Position numbers and translations under genes: made by a program. Of a stretch of DNA of 64,000 bases, positions 1 through 9,716 are shown piece by piece; the stretch's first letter is position 1; the number at the start of each line of letters is the position of its first letter. Origin of the DNA: a virus (Duplodnaviria > Caudoviricetes); the IMG/VR virus record IMGVR_UViG_2974786931_000001, positions 1 to 64,000 of that record, one strand, 5' to 3'. The notes below the pieces were generated by a model, which ran no database searches, was not told where the DNA came from, and saw only the letters and a program-made list of their open reading frames with translations.

Positions 1-142
1 AAAAACATCCAAGCCATAGAAAACGAACCAGTTAGAACAAGAAGATCTGCATTAGGTGGAATACCAAATAAAATCAAGGCCGTTGACATAGTAAGCCAAA
101 AGCAACACATAATGAAATTAACTGCATTTATAAATTGCTTCA

Positions 143-592
143 TCAGTATTTTTGTCCTGGGAAAAAGAAGACATCATTCAACATACGATTCATTTCATGT
201 AGATTTTGGAATTCTTCATTGTGAGAACGCGTGAAAATCATTTTCAATTGACCTTTACCAAAACCTGTAGTCAATGGTTTCATTTTCAATGCATCAATAA
301 AGTACACATTAAATGAGTATGGGCGACTCAAGATGAAACGCGATGTAGATGTATCTTTATTACGTAGTGTTGACAACGTAGAATCAAAACCTGAATTAGA
401 ACGTTGGCGTCCTACATAAAAGCGTGCTGAACATACAGGAAGCACTTGACCAGCTGGGACCATAAAATAGAAACCTGGACGTGTAGTAATCTCTTTAGAG
501 ACTACGGCATCCCACTCGCCATAAGACACAACACCAATGATTTCAGCACCAGCTTCTTCTAACATTTCGGCAGACAAAAATACTTTAGACAT
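143..592 (-). CDS. ndd: Nucleoid disruption protein Ndd
   Basis: PGFYF..SARFYVG.QRS..GF and KMKPLTTGFGKGQL..F.R.H..E.Q.L.EMNRML motifs match T4 Ndd; start placed at ATG 592 behind GAGGA. Confidence 0.9.
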   Translation of the reverse strand: MSKVFLSAEMLEEAGAEIIGVVSYGEWDAVVSKEITTRPGFYFMVPAGQVLPVCSARFYVGRQRSNSGFDSTLSTLRNKDTSTSRFILSRPYSFNVYFIDALKMKPLTTGFGKGQLKMIFTRSHNEEFQNLHEMNRMLNDVFFFPGQKY

Positions 593-685
593 ATTAATTT
601 CCTCAATTAGACCCAATTAATAGGGCAGATATGATTAGCACAAAAATAATTAATGCTGGCCAAAGCCAGCATATAGTAGATGGAC

Positions 686-943
686 TCACAGGAATACTAT
701 TTCAACAACTTCAAGAAAATCATGTTTAGCATCTGACATTACATCAGACCCTACAGTTATATCATGATAATACCATTGCAATTGATTTTCTACAACATCA
801 TCAATAGAGGGTTCTTCAGTAAAGAGCATTATATCAGGATCGCAATAACCTAAAAGACGAATTTTGTCACCAAATGGATTTTCACTATCCCAAAATGTAA
901 CATACTCACCAGTTTCTTTATTTTTATAAGCATACATTTCCAT
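686..943 (-). CDS. Hypothetical early protein
   Basis: 85-aa ORF with GGAG SD, directly downstream of an early promoter. Confidence 0.7.
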   Translation of the reverse strand: MEMYAYKNKETGEYVTFWDSENPFGDKIRLLGYCDPDIMLFTEEPSIDDVVENQLQWYYHDITVGSDVMSDAKHDFLEVVEIVFL

Positions 944-969
944 ATTAACTCCATTTCAATTGTTGTTTC

Positions 970-1008
970 GATAGGAGTATAGTAACATGGTCTTAAATGG
1001 ATGTAAAC
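970..1008 (-). promoter_or_regulatory. T4-type early promoter (GTTTAC -35, TACTAT -10)
   Basis: gtaaac at 1003-1008; 20-bp block 970-989 is identical to 45425-45444. Confidence 0.75.
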
Positions 1009-1601
1009 TGGTAATAATTAATATTTGTATCTGGGATTTTAGGCTGGATATACCATCCACTGAAATTGGACTTTCTAACTAATCCTGTCTTAGGATTAAA
1101 TGCATCTGAAGCAGCAAGTATCACAGGGACGAACCTGTAGACGCCTGAGCGTACTTCAGTACAATTTAATATAATCATACAATCTGCAATTTTATGATTC
1201 AAGAACGGTCCCAGGTTAAGGCCACTTCCATGCTGATAATCGCCAGAATAGCCTGTATGGCATGATATAGATTTAGCATTAGACTGATGTGTCTTAACTT
1301 CAATTCTTAAGCCCGAGTATTCACCAGAAGCAACTACATCAAAAGCATAAGACCAAGGATCGTTATGATCTTCATTACCGCCTGCAACTGTCCCATCGAC
1401 TTCTTTAGCTATATACTGTTCAGCTAAAATAGCTTTGATACATCGTGTTAACACTTCAGATGAATCTTGTGACTCATCTTGGGATAACGAATATTTATGA
1501 GTATCAACTACTTTAGCTCTATTTTCAGGAGTTAAATCCTTCACGGACATCAAAAAAGGCTTTATCGATGCTAGTTTCTTCCAACCGCTGCTGTTCTTCA
1601 T
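993..1601 (-). CDS. denB: Endonuclease IV (cytosine-DNA specific)
   Basis: YSL.Q..QD..EV..RC, GLRIEVKTHQ, GSGLNLGPFLNHKIADC, VRKSNFSGWY match T4 DenB; syntenic with rIIB. Confidence 0.9.
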   Translation of the reverse strand: MKNSSGWKKLASIKPFLMSVKDLTPENRAKVVDTHKYSLSQDESQDSSEVLTRCIKAILAEQYIAKEVDGTVAGGNEDHNDPWSYAFDVVASGEYSGLRIEVKTHQSNAKSISCHTGYSGDYQHGSGLNLGPFLNHKIADCMIILNCTEVRSGVYRFVPVILAASDAFNPKTGLVRKSNFSGWYIQPKIPDTNINYYQFTSI

Positions 1602-1830
1602 CTGTTAGTAACTCACTTAAATGTAGGACACCATAATACACTCTATCGTCTTCGTTCAAAGCATTAAGGTCTAATGAACTCACATCACAAATAGTTGCAT
1701 CTTTACAAGTCATTGAACCATATTTAGCATTAGCATGTAACTGGATATCTTTAGCATAGATATTAGTTGCTTTATGTTCGCCATGTAAATAACTATTGGC
1801 CACATCTGAAATACGCATTGGATGAATCAT
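1525..1830 (-). CDS. Hypothetical protein
   Basis: ORF with AAGGA SD before ATG 1830; ATGA overlap with upstream ORF. Confidence 0.6.
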   Translation of the reverse strand: MIHPMRISDVANSYLHGEHKATNIYAKDIQLHANAKYGSMTCKDATICDVSSLDLNALNEDDRVYYGVLHLSELLTDEEQQRLEETSIDKAFFDVREGFNS

Positions 1831-2084
1831 ACAATTTCCTTTAATGAATCTTCCCAAGAACAAGACTCGAGTGGAAAAGAAGCAACTAACAAAGGCTTAT
1901 CTCCACGTTGTGGTTTAAAATATCCGATTATAGAATCGTTAAAATGATCGATATCGATCCATTTAACAGGTTCTTCTTTATAAGCATAAGTACACCCACA
2001 CTTACAGGAACTTGTGGCAATCCACTTATAGCCTTTGGCTTTTAATATTTCATAATAAACACTAGTTAATCGATTTTTGTACAT
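1827..2084 (-). CDS. Hypothetical protein
   Basis: 85-aa ORF in tightly packed run. Confidence 0.6.
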   Translation of the reverse strand: MYKNRLTSVYYEILKAKGYKWIATSSCKCGCTYAYKEEPVKWIDIDHFNDSIIGYFKPQRGDKPLLVASFPLESCSWEDSLKEIV

Positions 2085-2277
2085 AATGCCTCTTTATACA
2101 TTCTGTTATGCTCCAACCTAGATAATAATCTTTGTATGAAGATACTTCTGAAGCCAAATCGCTTATTTGTGTATCAGACATAGTCAATAATACACTGTTC
2201 ATGTATTCAGCAAATTCTTTAGACTTAGCTAAAGGCTGAAATTCATCTAGAATTTTTCTCAACACTGGGAATTTCAT
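2062..2277 (-). CDS. Hypothetical protein
   Basis: 71-aa ORF with AGGAG SD. Confidence 0.65.
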   Translation of the reverse strand: MKFPVLRKILDEFQPLAKSKEFAEYMNSVLLTMSDTQISDLASEVSSYKDYYLGWSITECIKRHYVQKSIN

Positions 2278-2286
2278 ATATCTCCT

Positions 2287-2306
2287 AAAAGGGACCGAAG
2301 TCCCTT
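2287..2306 (-). terminator. Rho-independent terminator after rIIB
   Basis: GGGAC-TTCG-GTCCC-TTTT, a typical T4 UUCG hairpin. Confidence 0.85.
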
Positions 2307-2309
2307 ATA

Positions 2310-3533
2310 TTATTTTCCAATAGCTTCACTAAGTACTTCGTATTGACAAGTACGCATTTTAGCATTGTTATAGTCAACTGGAATTGAAACTACATCACGT
2401 GGATGAACTTTAACAATAACTATTTTATCTGAACCACCACGGTAAATTTTGATATATGATTCAGAACAAACATGTAGCCCAGAAGAACATGTGATTTGAT
2501 CATCATCTGTTACAAGCATACGTGGCATTTTAACAACTTGACCTGGCGAATTATCAAATGTACCTGTACGACAATCTTTAAATTCAGAATTAACTACTTT
2601 CCAGGCTAAGAAATGACCATCAGCGGTGATAGTAATATCGTTGGCTTCTAAGAAATCAAACAAACGTTCTACTGTTTTACGAGATGGATTCTCTAACAGA
2701 TTTTCTAAGAATGGCAATAAGAATTCAAAGTCTTCACCGTTTGAGCAACGTTCTAAAATACGATTCACTAGACCCGATTTAAGCTCAAGACCTTGATAGA
2801 ACAATTGGCCATCTTGAATTACAATATTGCCTTTAACAAATCGTTTAACAGCTTTTTCGACATTGATTAGTTCTAAAGCTAATTCAACATTATCATCAAC
2901 TAATGCTTGTAATGCAGCTTTAAAATTGGTGTGTTCTGAATCAGCATTCCAAGTTTTACGACCAGCAGTAATTGAAATGAATTTAGAGTTAGCATTCCAC
3001 ATATAGTTTTGTTGAGTTTTAACTACATCTTCGACTTCTTCAACTTTAGCCGGAACAACTTCTTTCTTAGGCAATAGTTTTTCATATTCACTATAGTCAG
3101 ACCAATTCAACTCGGCAGAAGTATATCTGTTTTGAGCATCAGTTAGAACTAAAACACCTACACGAAGAACGCCTTGTAGATATTCGTCGCCCTCATTAAA
3201 AGCATAGTTACCAGATGGTTCAAGCATATTAATATATGCATCACTAGCAATCAATACGCCATCTTCGATATTACCAGTAATTTTAATATTATGTGCGCAG
3301 ATATCGCCTTCGATTTCTGCTTTTGTTCCTAGAAGCATAACATAATCTATAGCATTAATTTCAGAGCCATATACTTTGCGTAAAACAGGAGTCAAAGGGC
3401 TTTCTTTAACAATTCGTGAAATAGTATCAGACGACACATTATATTCATTTGCCAAATTAGCTAAAGAACGTCCATAACGACGTTCACTAACGATTTCTAC
3501 TTTTGTTTCTGCATCTACAATTTTAACAGTCAT
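2310..3533 (-). CDS. rIIB: RIIB protein
   Basis: N-terminal HTH; C-terminal WNANSKFISI, FLENLLENPS, CSSGLHVC, VHPRDVVSIPVDYNNAKMRTCQY; adjacent to rIIA. Confidence 0.95.
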   Translation of the reverse strand: MTVKIVDAETKVEIVSERRYGRSLANLANEYNVSSDTISRIVKESPLTPVLRKVYGSEINAIDYVMLLGTKAEIEGDICAHNIKITGNIEDGVLIASDAYINMLEPSGNYAFNEGDEYLQGVLRVGVLVLTDAQNRYTSAELNWSDYSEYEKLLPKKEVVPAKVEEVEDVVKTQQNYMWNANSKFISITAGRKTWNADSEHTNFKAALQALVDDNVELALELINVEKAVKRFVKGNIVIQDGQLFYQGLELKSGLVNRILERCSNGEDFEFLLPFLENLLENPSRKTVERLFDFLEANDITITADGHFLAWKVVNSEFKDCRTGTFDNSPGQVVKMPRMLVTDDDQITCSSGLHVCSESYIKIYRGGSDKIVIVKVHPRDVVSIPVDYNNAKMRTCQYEVLSEAIGK

Positions 3534-3535
3534 AA

Positions 3536-5725
3536 TTATTCCTTATCAAGGGCATGCATAATTCTCGCAATATCACGAGCTTGTGTTGGGCTTAAATCAT
3601 ATCTTGAATTCATGTAATCATATATCACAGGATTTTTAGCAACAAATGATTCAACTAATGCTGAGGCCGATTCTTTGGCGCCTTCAATCAATTTTGAATA
3701 TTTAGAACGTTGTTCTTTAATAACTGTGCCATATGAACTTGTATCTAAAGCACGGAATTGCAAGAACAAAGTATAAACCGATTTATATTTTGTAAATGCT
3801 TCACTACTTTTACCAGATTGGCACAAATACTTAGCCATAAAGTTCAAGCATTTGTGGCCAGTAACATGACGCTGAAGTCTACTGTCACTGGTGGCCCATA
3901 CAACATCTTTTTGGTCAACTGTCTCGCCAAGTTCTTCGTAACGTTTTACAAGTTCAGTAATCAAACATTTAAAATTACCACTCTTTTCTGCACGATTATG
4001 CAGATTTGAATTAAGAATCATAAAGTTTGTAATGCCTAATTCTGCGGCAATTCTGGCAATAACACTATGGTCATATACAACTAATGAAGCGTCATCAATA
4101 GCATAATATGATTTAGCTTTTGAATACACAGCATAACCAGAGTATTCTTGAATATCTTTAGCTGCAATATATAAATCTTTAGCTCGGCCTTTAGTATAGT
4201 CAATAGCTGATGGACGTGGAACATATTCACTAGGACCATCTGCAGAGATAGAATTATATTTTGTTTTAACCGGACGATATTCTTTAGTCATTTCATCAAG
4301 TTCAGTAGTACGGAACATCAGAACTTTATCGCCTTCAAACAACTTAAGAAGATCTGGCAACAAATTAATTTGCGATGAATCTTCTGGGTCAATAAAGATA
4401 ATACGACTATTAATAAGTGGTAAATTTTCAAGTTGCTCGTCGGTTAGAAAAGCTTTTTCACGATGTTTGCATAACATATTATAAAGAGATTTAACTGAGC
4501 GAATACGGTTCTTTTTATCATCATCAATGACTACATATGATTTAGTATTTTCAATATTAAACAATGATACGATAGTTGTCGCAGCAGATGAAGACTTATC
4601 TTTAATACGAAGTAAACGTGGGAATTCAACTACTTCATAAACCACACCGATATTTACGAAGTCAGATGGCGGAATTGCATACGCCATATTCAATTCGCTA
4701 TAAGGTACTTTATCCACACCAAACACTGCATTATGTGCAGTCAATACATTTATTGCATTACTTCCGTATTGTTTTAGTTGACGATAAATTTCACGTTTAT
4801 TCGTTAATGAATCATATTTCTTAATATCTGCGTCCATCGCAGTCTTAGACAACACACCAAGACGTTCATTAATATTTTTTACTGTGATATCATCAAATGA
4901 CAATTCTTCACGAGAAGCTGCAATATCTAATGCACCTAATGGGAATTTAATATAAGCACCTTGATGACGAATGTTAAGCCAGTTTTTCTTAATACCTGGA
5001 GTTTCTTGCAATGGATAAACAATATTTCCGTATACAGCATAAAGGCCAGAATATTCATAGTCACTACCTCTAATAGGCAAATATTCATCGAATTCGTCAA
5101 AGTGATCGACTTCAAGACTAGAATTTTTAATCTTTACAGAATCAGCCGCAAATGGCCGAAGAACATATTTAATTTCATCTACCCAACGAGCAATATCATG
5201 CGGCTTAGCTGGAACCACAATTTCAATACCTGTTTGGTCTTCCGAAGTCATTTTTTCTGCAAAGACTGGAACAATAACCGGTTCGCCTTTATCAAGCATT
5301 GCAGTGTAACCACGAACTTCGCCATCAAAGGAACTTGTGATAGTAAATGTTTCAGTATAAGAGAATGGAGATTTAGAACCAAGACCTAATGCACCAATAA
5401 AATCATTACTATTACTTTTAGTTGAAGCAAAATAAGTGGTATAAAGATTCATTACATCTTCAGGCGATAATCCAGGACCAAAGTCACGAATAACAAAACG
5501 TGGGTCTAATTGAGTTGGAGGTTGAATTTCAAACGCGCCTGTGAAGCCATTTAGTTTGTGGGCATCAATACAGTTACATGACAGTTCACGAACAATAGCT
5601 CTGATTTTATTTTTATACAAACCAGAAGACAAGATTTTAAATGCTTTAGAAGATGTGGCGATACTAAATTTTTTAGATTCGCCTGTATTGCCCATGATAA
5701 CTTCATCAGTTGTTTCAATAATCAT
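3536..5725 (-). CDS. rIIA: RIIA protein (GHKL ATPase N-terminus)
   Basis: LY.NKIRAIVREL.CN..DAH, RDFGPGLS, IGALGLGSKSPFSY. Confidence 0.95.
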   Translation of the reverse strand: MIIETTDEVIMGNTGESKKFSIATSSKAFKILSSGLYKNKIRAIVRELSCNCIDAHKLNGFTGAFEIQPPTQLDPRFVIRDFGPGLSPEDVMNLYTTYFASTKSNSNDFIGALGLGSKSPFSYTETFTITSSFDGEVRGYTAMLDKGEPVIVPVFAEKMTSEDQTGIEIVVPAKPHDIARWVDEIKYVLRPFAADSVKIKNSSLEVDHFDEFDEYLPIRGSDYEYSGLYAVYGNIVYPLQETPGIKKNWLNIRHQGAYIKFPLGALDIAASREELSFDDITVKNINERLGVLSKTAMDADIKKYDSLTNKREIYRQLKQYGSNAINVLTAHNAVFGVDKVPYSELNMAYAIPPSDFVNIGVVYEVVEFPRLLRIKDKSSSAATTIVSLFNIENTKSYVVIDDDKKNRIRSVKSLYNMLCKHREKAFLTDEQLENLPLINSRIIFIDPEDSSQINLLPDLLKLFEGDKVLMFRTTELDEMTKEYRPVKTKYNSISADGPSEYVPRPSAIDYTKGRAKDLYIAAKDIQEYSGYAVYSKAKSYYAIDDASLVVYDHSVIARIAAELGITNFMILNSNLHNRAEKSGNFKCLITELVKRYEELGETVDQKDVVWATSDSRLQRHVTGHKCLNFMAKYLCQSGKSSEAFTKYKSVYTLFLQFRALDTSSYGTVIKEQRSKYSKLIEGAKESASALVESFVAKNPVIYDYMNSRYDLSPTQARDIARIMHALDKE

Positions 5726-5781
5726 TTTATTTTCCTCAGTTCAATTAAGATGCAGTAAATATAACATACAGATTATAAAGC

Positions 5782-5810
5782 AAAAAAGGGACTAGCAATA
5801 AGCTAGTCCC
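5782..5810 (-). terminator. Rho-independent terminator
   Basis: GGGACTAGC-TTATT-GCTAGTCCC-TTTTTT. Confidence 0.85.
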
Positions 5811-5816
5811 TGGAGA

Positions 5817-5969
5817 TTATTCTACACGAAGCACCCAACCAGTTTCTTTTGTTACACTACCATCAGGATGTTTAACTCTGATAGTTACGTAATCACCTGG
5901 GAGTGGCTTATTGTCCTGAAATAGATAACCGTAATATCCGTTGTCTAAATAAAGCCAGTACTTATTCAT
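5817..5969 (-). CDS. 50-aa small protein not in the ORF track, probably late-expressed
   Basis: MNKYWLYLDNGYYGYLFQDNKPLPGDYVTIRVKHPDGSVTKETGWVLRVE; AGGAG SD, upstream TATAAATA, downstream terminator. Confidence 0.75.
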   Translation of the reverse strand: MNKYWLYLDNGYYGYLFQDNKPLPGDYVTIRVKHPDGSVTKETGWVLRVE

Positions 5970-6005
5970 ATAGCGCTCCTAATAATGGACATAAGTATCC
6001 ATTAT

Positions 6006-6013
6006 TATTTATA
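6006..6013 (-). promoter_or_regulatory. Late (gp55) promoter TATAAATA
   Basis: Exact T4 late consensus, intergenic, about 37 nt upstream of ATG 5969. Confidence 0.75.
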
Positions 6014-6019
6014 CTGTCC

Positions 6020-7840
6020 TCAGGACATCCATTCTTTACGAAGGTCTGGATTCTTGCCTAAAAGCATTTCAAATAGGTCTTTCCAATTTTCTGGTAGAGA
6101 TACAACATCATACACTGGTTCTTGAATAACCTTTTCATATTCATCACGAGTTAAAGAGCCAAGTCCTTTAATATAACGAATACTATGTTTAGGCATTGTT
6201 TCTTTTGCTGCATCATATTCAGGCAAATCATAGAACCATTTTTGAGTCTTACCTACTTGAGCAATAATAACCGGAGTTTTAACAAATCGTATACGTCCTT
6301 GTTCAAACAGTTCCGGCCACTGAGTAAAGAATGCTAACAATGCAGGGTAAATGGAACCAGTCCCATCCACATCAGCATCAGTCATAATAGCAATATTACG
6401 ATAACCTAAATTCTCGGCTGGTTCGCCAATGGTTAAACCAGTGATTGCGCAGATTTCAAATGCTTCACGATTTTCAAGAATTTTAGAAGCAGTCATACCC
6501 CATGTATTCATGAACTTACCACGTAATGGATAACCACCATGCAATGCTCGGTCGCGGACTTCAATCAAATAACCAATTGCCGAGTCACCTTCTGTTAAGA
6601 ACAATGTAGTCTCGAGTTTATCGTTACCATATGAGTTGGCTTTGATGTGCTTGACAACAGTTGCTTTAGAAGCTTTTTTAGCAGCCTTAGTTTCGGCAGC
6701 TTTTTCGGCAGCTAGTTTACGGGCTAAAGCAGCTTCAACAATAGGCATAATTAGTTCTTCAGATTTCAGAATAGCAGCAGAAATCTTTTTAGAATCTATT
6801 TGAATATGATTACGAATTTCGCCAAAAGGAGATGTCAATCGTTCTTTGGTCTGAGAATCAAAACGCATATTACTCATGTCGCGAATAAACATTAGCATTG
6901 TTAAGCATTCTTTAATTCTAGCTTTAGTTACATCAATACCTTTATATTTCTTTTTAATAGCTGGAATTAAATGTTCACAAATATCATCCATTACGCATTC
7001 AACGTGATGGCCACCGTTTTTTGTGTGGATATTATTAACATACGTTAATTGTCTAAATCCATCCGGGCTTATAGCAAAAGCCATTGAAACAGTATCAGTT
7101 TCTTGGATAACTACTTCTTCGCCAAATTGCTTAGAATATTTTTTAAAATTGCCATCTATTTTTTTACCATTGAATTTAAATTCAATATCTGGATAAATTA
7201 CGGCAAGAGTTTGTAAGCGATCTAGAGTTATATCAAGATAAACTTGTGACAACTCGTCTGTTTCAAATGTCTTAAAATCAGGTGTAAACGTTACACGAGT
7301 ACCACGCCAATTAGACTTAGTTTCTTTCCATTCTTTAGTGTCCATGCCATTAGAACAATTGACACTTATGGCTGTTTTGCCATTACCAGTTTCACCAACA
7401 AAATTAACACTAAAAATATTAGTTAAAGAAGAACCTACTCCGTTCATTCCACCAGTTTTACGTTCTGCATCATCACCGAAATTACCGCCGGCTTTAGGAA
7501 TAGTCCATGCTGCAACTGGCCCAGGGATAGATTCACCTGTTTGGTCAATAACTAAATCTTGAGGAATACCTCGCCCATTATCTTCGACAATAACTGTATT
7601 ATCTTTAATTTTCACATCAATTTTATTAGCAAATTTAAAATTAGTGCGAATAGATTCATCGACAGAGTTGTCTATAATTTCATCAATAAGTTTAACTAAT
7701 CCAGGAACATAATTGACTTGAATAAATTGCCCAAACATAAACTGTTCATGCGCTTCATTAGAGCTAGACCCAATGTACATACCGCTACGTTTTTTAATAT
7801 GTTCGATATCCGAAAGAACTTTAATTTCATTTTTAATCAT
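6020..7840 (-). CDS. 39: DNA topoisomerase II large subunit (fused gp39+gp60)
   Basis: GHKL motifs EIIDNSVDE, DNGRGIP, GGMNGVGS; Toprim TEGDSA, MTDADVDG, YIKGLGS in one 606-aa frame. Confidence 0.95.
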   Translation of the reverse strand: MIKNEIKVLSDIEHIKKRSGMYIGSSSNEAHEQFMFGQFIQVNYVPGLVKLIDEIIDNSVDESIRTNFKFANKIDVKIKDNTVIVEDNGRGIPQDLVIDQTGESIPGPVAAWTIPKAGGNFGDDAERKTGGMNGVGSSLTNIFSVNFVGETGNGKTAISVNCSNGMDTKEWKETKSNWRGTRVTFTPDFKTFETDELSQVYLDITLDRLQTLAVIYPDIEFKFNGKKIDGNFKKYSKQFGEEVVIQETDTVSMAFAISPDGFRQLTYVNNIHTKNGGHHVECVMDDICEHLIPAIKKKYKGIDVTKARIKECLTMLMFIRDMSNMRFDSQTKERLTSPFGEIRNHIQIDSKKISAAILKSEELIMPIVEAALARKLAAEKAAETKAAKKASKATVVKHIKANSYGNDKLETTLFLTEGDSAIGYLIEVRDRALHGGYPLRGKFMNTWGMTASKILENREAFEICAITGLTIGEPAENLGYRNIAIMTDADVDGTGSIYPALLAFFTQWPELFEQGRIRFVKTPVIIAQVGKTQKWFYDLPEYDAAKETMPKHSIRYIKGLGSLTRDEYEKVIQEPVYDVVSLPENWKDLFEMLLGKNPDLRKEWMS

Positions 7841-7904
7841 TGTATTTCCTCAGTTAATGAGAGAATTATATCATGTCAATTTATACAGCATTAATATAAA
7901 CTTT

Positions 7905-7923
7905 AAAAGGGCCGAAGCCCTTT
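7905..7923 (-). terminator. UUCG terminator
   Basis: GGGC-TTCG-GCCC-TTTT. Confidence 0.8.
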
Positions 7924-8113
7924 ATAAATTACTACCACCAGATTTAATGTTGTCGTAAAATCCGCCATGCACATAGCCAGGCGCAGTTACAGCTTGTTTA
8001 GCTTCACTTGAGCATTCAGGGCAAATAGCCTTGGCACGATCGACAAGTTTTTTAATTCGTTCGAATTCTGCATTGCACTCTTCATTAGTGCATTTATAAT
8101 CATAAATTGGCAT
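7922..8113 (-). CDS. FmdB-like zinc-ribbon protein (T4 39.2-like)
   Basis: MPIYDYKC....C...FE ... CPEC ... GGFY. Confidence 0.8.
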   Translation of the reverse strand: MPIYDYKCTNEECNAEFERIKKLVDRAKAICPECSSEAKQAVTAPGYVHGGFYDNIKSGGSNL

Positions 8114-8487
8114 TATTCAAAAACCTTACGAACTGATTCAATAAAGTCTTTATATGTCTCTTGAGTTACTTTAACATCATTTAATGTAATAGATTTTTCT
8201 ACAGCAAATTCAAATGCGTTAGGTTTAGAAGCAGCTTTTTTAACTATTTCAAAATGGAGTCCAAATTCGTACAAAGAAATTATAGAGATTTCATCAGATG
8301 TATAGCCATAAATACCTGTTATACCATCACGTTTACAGACACTAGATATTTTAAATATATTAGTTTGTCGATCAATACTCCATTGCGCAAATTCAGCATT
8401 TGCACAATACTTATTAGCAAATTTATCTTTTTCTGAAGAATTTTTAAATTTAATAATATCGCCTACACCCACAGTAAGAATACTCAT
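8113..8487 (-). CDS. GoF/ComC-alpha-like paralog 1
   Basis: Shares VGD.IKF, GITG..GY, FEIVKKA, YKDFIESVR with neighbouring ORFs. Confidence 0.6.
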   Translation of the reverse strand: MSILTVGVGDIIKFKNSSEKDKFANKYCANAEFAQWSIDRQTNIFKISSVCKRDGITGIYGYTSDEISIISLYEFGLHFEIVKKAASKPNAFEFAVEKSITLNDVKVTQETYKDFIESVRKVFE

Positions 8488-8489
8488 AA

Positions 8490-8882
8490 TTAGTCCTCAA
8501 AAATAATTCGAACAGATTCAATAAAGTCTTTATAGTTTTCTTTAGTCACACAAGTATCACCAAATTTAACAACTTTACTGATATTAAAATCAAATTTAGA
8601 TTCTGGTTTAGCTTTTTTAACTATTTCAAAATATTTTTCAAATTCAGTCATTGTAACTATAGAAACAGACCATGGTCTTTCTGGCATATAACCTTTAACA
8701 CCTGTTATGCCATACATCTCAGCAATACTTTCTACAGTGAACACATGGGATGGCAAACGATTAACAAAGTTCATGAAATTAGTATTTTCAGCATAACCGA
8801 TACTATATAGTGCTTTATGGTCGTCGCTTCTAAATTTAATTTGGTCACCGACATTTACGATATCATTAACAGACTTATTCAT
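8490..8882 (-). CDS. GoF/ComC-alpha-like paralog 2
   Basis: Clear tandem duplicate of 8113-8487. Confidence 0.6.
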   Translation of the reverse strand: MNKSVNDIVNVGDQIKFRSDDHKALYSIGYAENTNFMNFVNRLPSHVFTVESIAEMYGITGVKGYMPERPWSVSIVTMTEFEKYFEIVKKAKPESKFDFNISKVVKFGDTCVTKENYKDFIESVRIIFED

Positions 8883-8884
8883 GA

Positions 8885-9337
8885 TTAATCCTTAAATGCT
8901 AATTCAATAAATGAAATAAATTCTTTATAATTTTCTTTGGTCAAATCAATATCTTTAACTCGAATTTTACGTTCTTTAACAATGCGTTCGACTGTTTCGA
9001 CTGTAGCATTAAATTTATCGTTAACTGATTGTTCAGTATGAGTAATCACTCGGCAATCAGTTACGATATTAAAATAGGTTTTTAACTCATGAAAAGAAAT
9101 TTTAGATATTGTTGAATTATTATTAAAGCCTTTAATACCGGTTACTTTACGATTAATTGTGTCATATTGTGATACTTCAATACAAACTTCACGCATTGAG
9201 AAACAAGCAATAGAATCATTAATCTCATATAGGTTAGCAAAACGATCGCGCATAATACGACTTTTAAATACTAATCGAGTACCTACTGTAATTTCAGTTT
9301 GATCAGTAATATCATAATGATTCATATTATAATCCAA
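8885..9337 (-). CDS. GoF/ComC-alpha-like paralog 3
   Basis: VG..L.FKS, VTGIKGF, E...YF, TKENYKEFI shared with neighbours. Confidence 0.55.
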   Translation of the reverse strand: MDYNMNHYDITDQTEITVGTRLVFKSRIMRDRFANLYEINDSIACFSMREVCIEVSQYDTINRKVTGIKGFNNNSTISKISFHELKTYFNIVTDCRVITHTEQSVNDKFNATVETVERIVKERKIRVKDIDLTKENYKEFISFIELAFKD

Positions 9338-9707
9338 ATTCAGATTTAAGAAGAGAAATTAATTTAGATGCTTCATTAGCATCAGTAATAGTTTTGTTGA
9401 TTTCTACTTTACGTGTCACTTTAACATATTCAGTAGAATCTTCTGCGCATTCATTTTCATCATGAATTTCTTCGTCTAATGTAATCAATTTGAAGAAAAG
9501 AATTAACTCATGGCCAGTAGCTATAGTAGTAGCACTTGAAAATTCTTCTGTGTGTTGAATACCATCTTGTGATGTCACTTCTTTGACAGTAATAATATTG
9601 CCGTGTTTTGCAATCATCTTCCGTAAGGTTTTATTATGGACAGAATGCTCTTCGAAACCTACAGGGTCAACAAGTTGATACTTTTGGCCAACTTTAACAA
9701 TAGACAT
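9327..9707 (-). CDS. goF: GoF (ComC-alpha) mRNA metabolism modulator, positional orthologue
   Basis: Immediately downstream of cef as in T4; acidic linker and C-terminal TITDANEASKLISLLK resemble GoF. Confidence 0.55.
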   Translation of the reverse strand: MSIVKVGQKYQLVDPVGFEEHSVHNKTLRKMIAKHGNIITVKEVTSQDGIQHTEEFSSATTIATGHELILFFKLITLDEEIHDENECAEDSTEYVKVTRKVEINKTITDANEASKLISLLKSEFGL

Positions 9708-9716
9708 AATAAACTC

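Noticed and set aside
3758-5795. Plus-strand ORFs inside rIIA (and similar ones inside 39, dda, 56, uvsX, 43, 46)
   Set aside because: Antisense shadows of well-conserved minus-strand genes, with no SD/promoter or recognisable motifs
6020-7840. Possible gene 60-type translational bypass or split topoisomerase
   Set aside because: ATPase and Toprim parts are in one uninterrupted 606-aa frame; no coding gap
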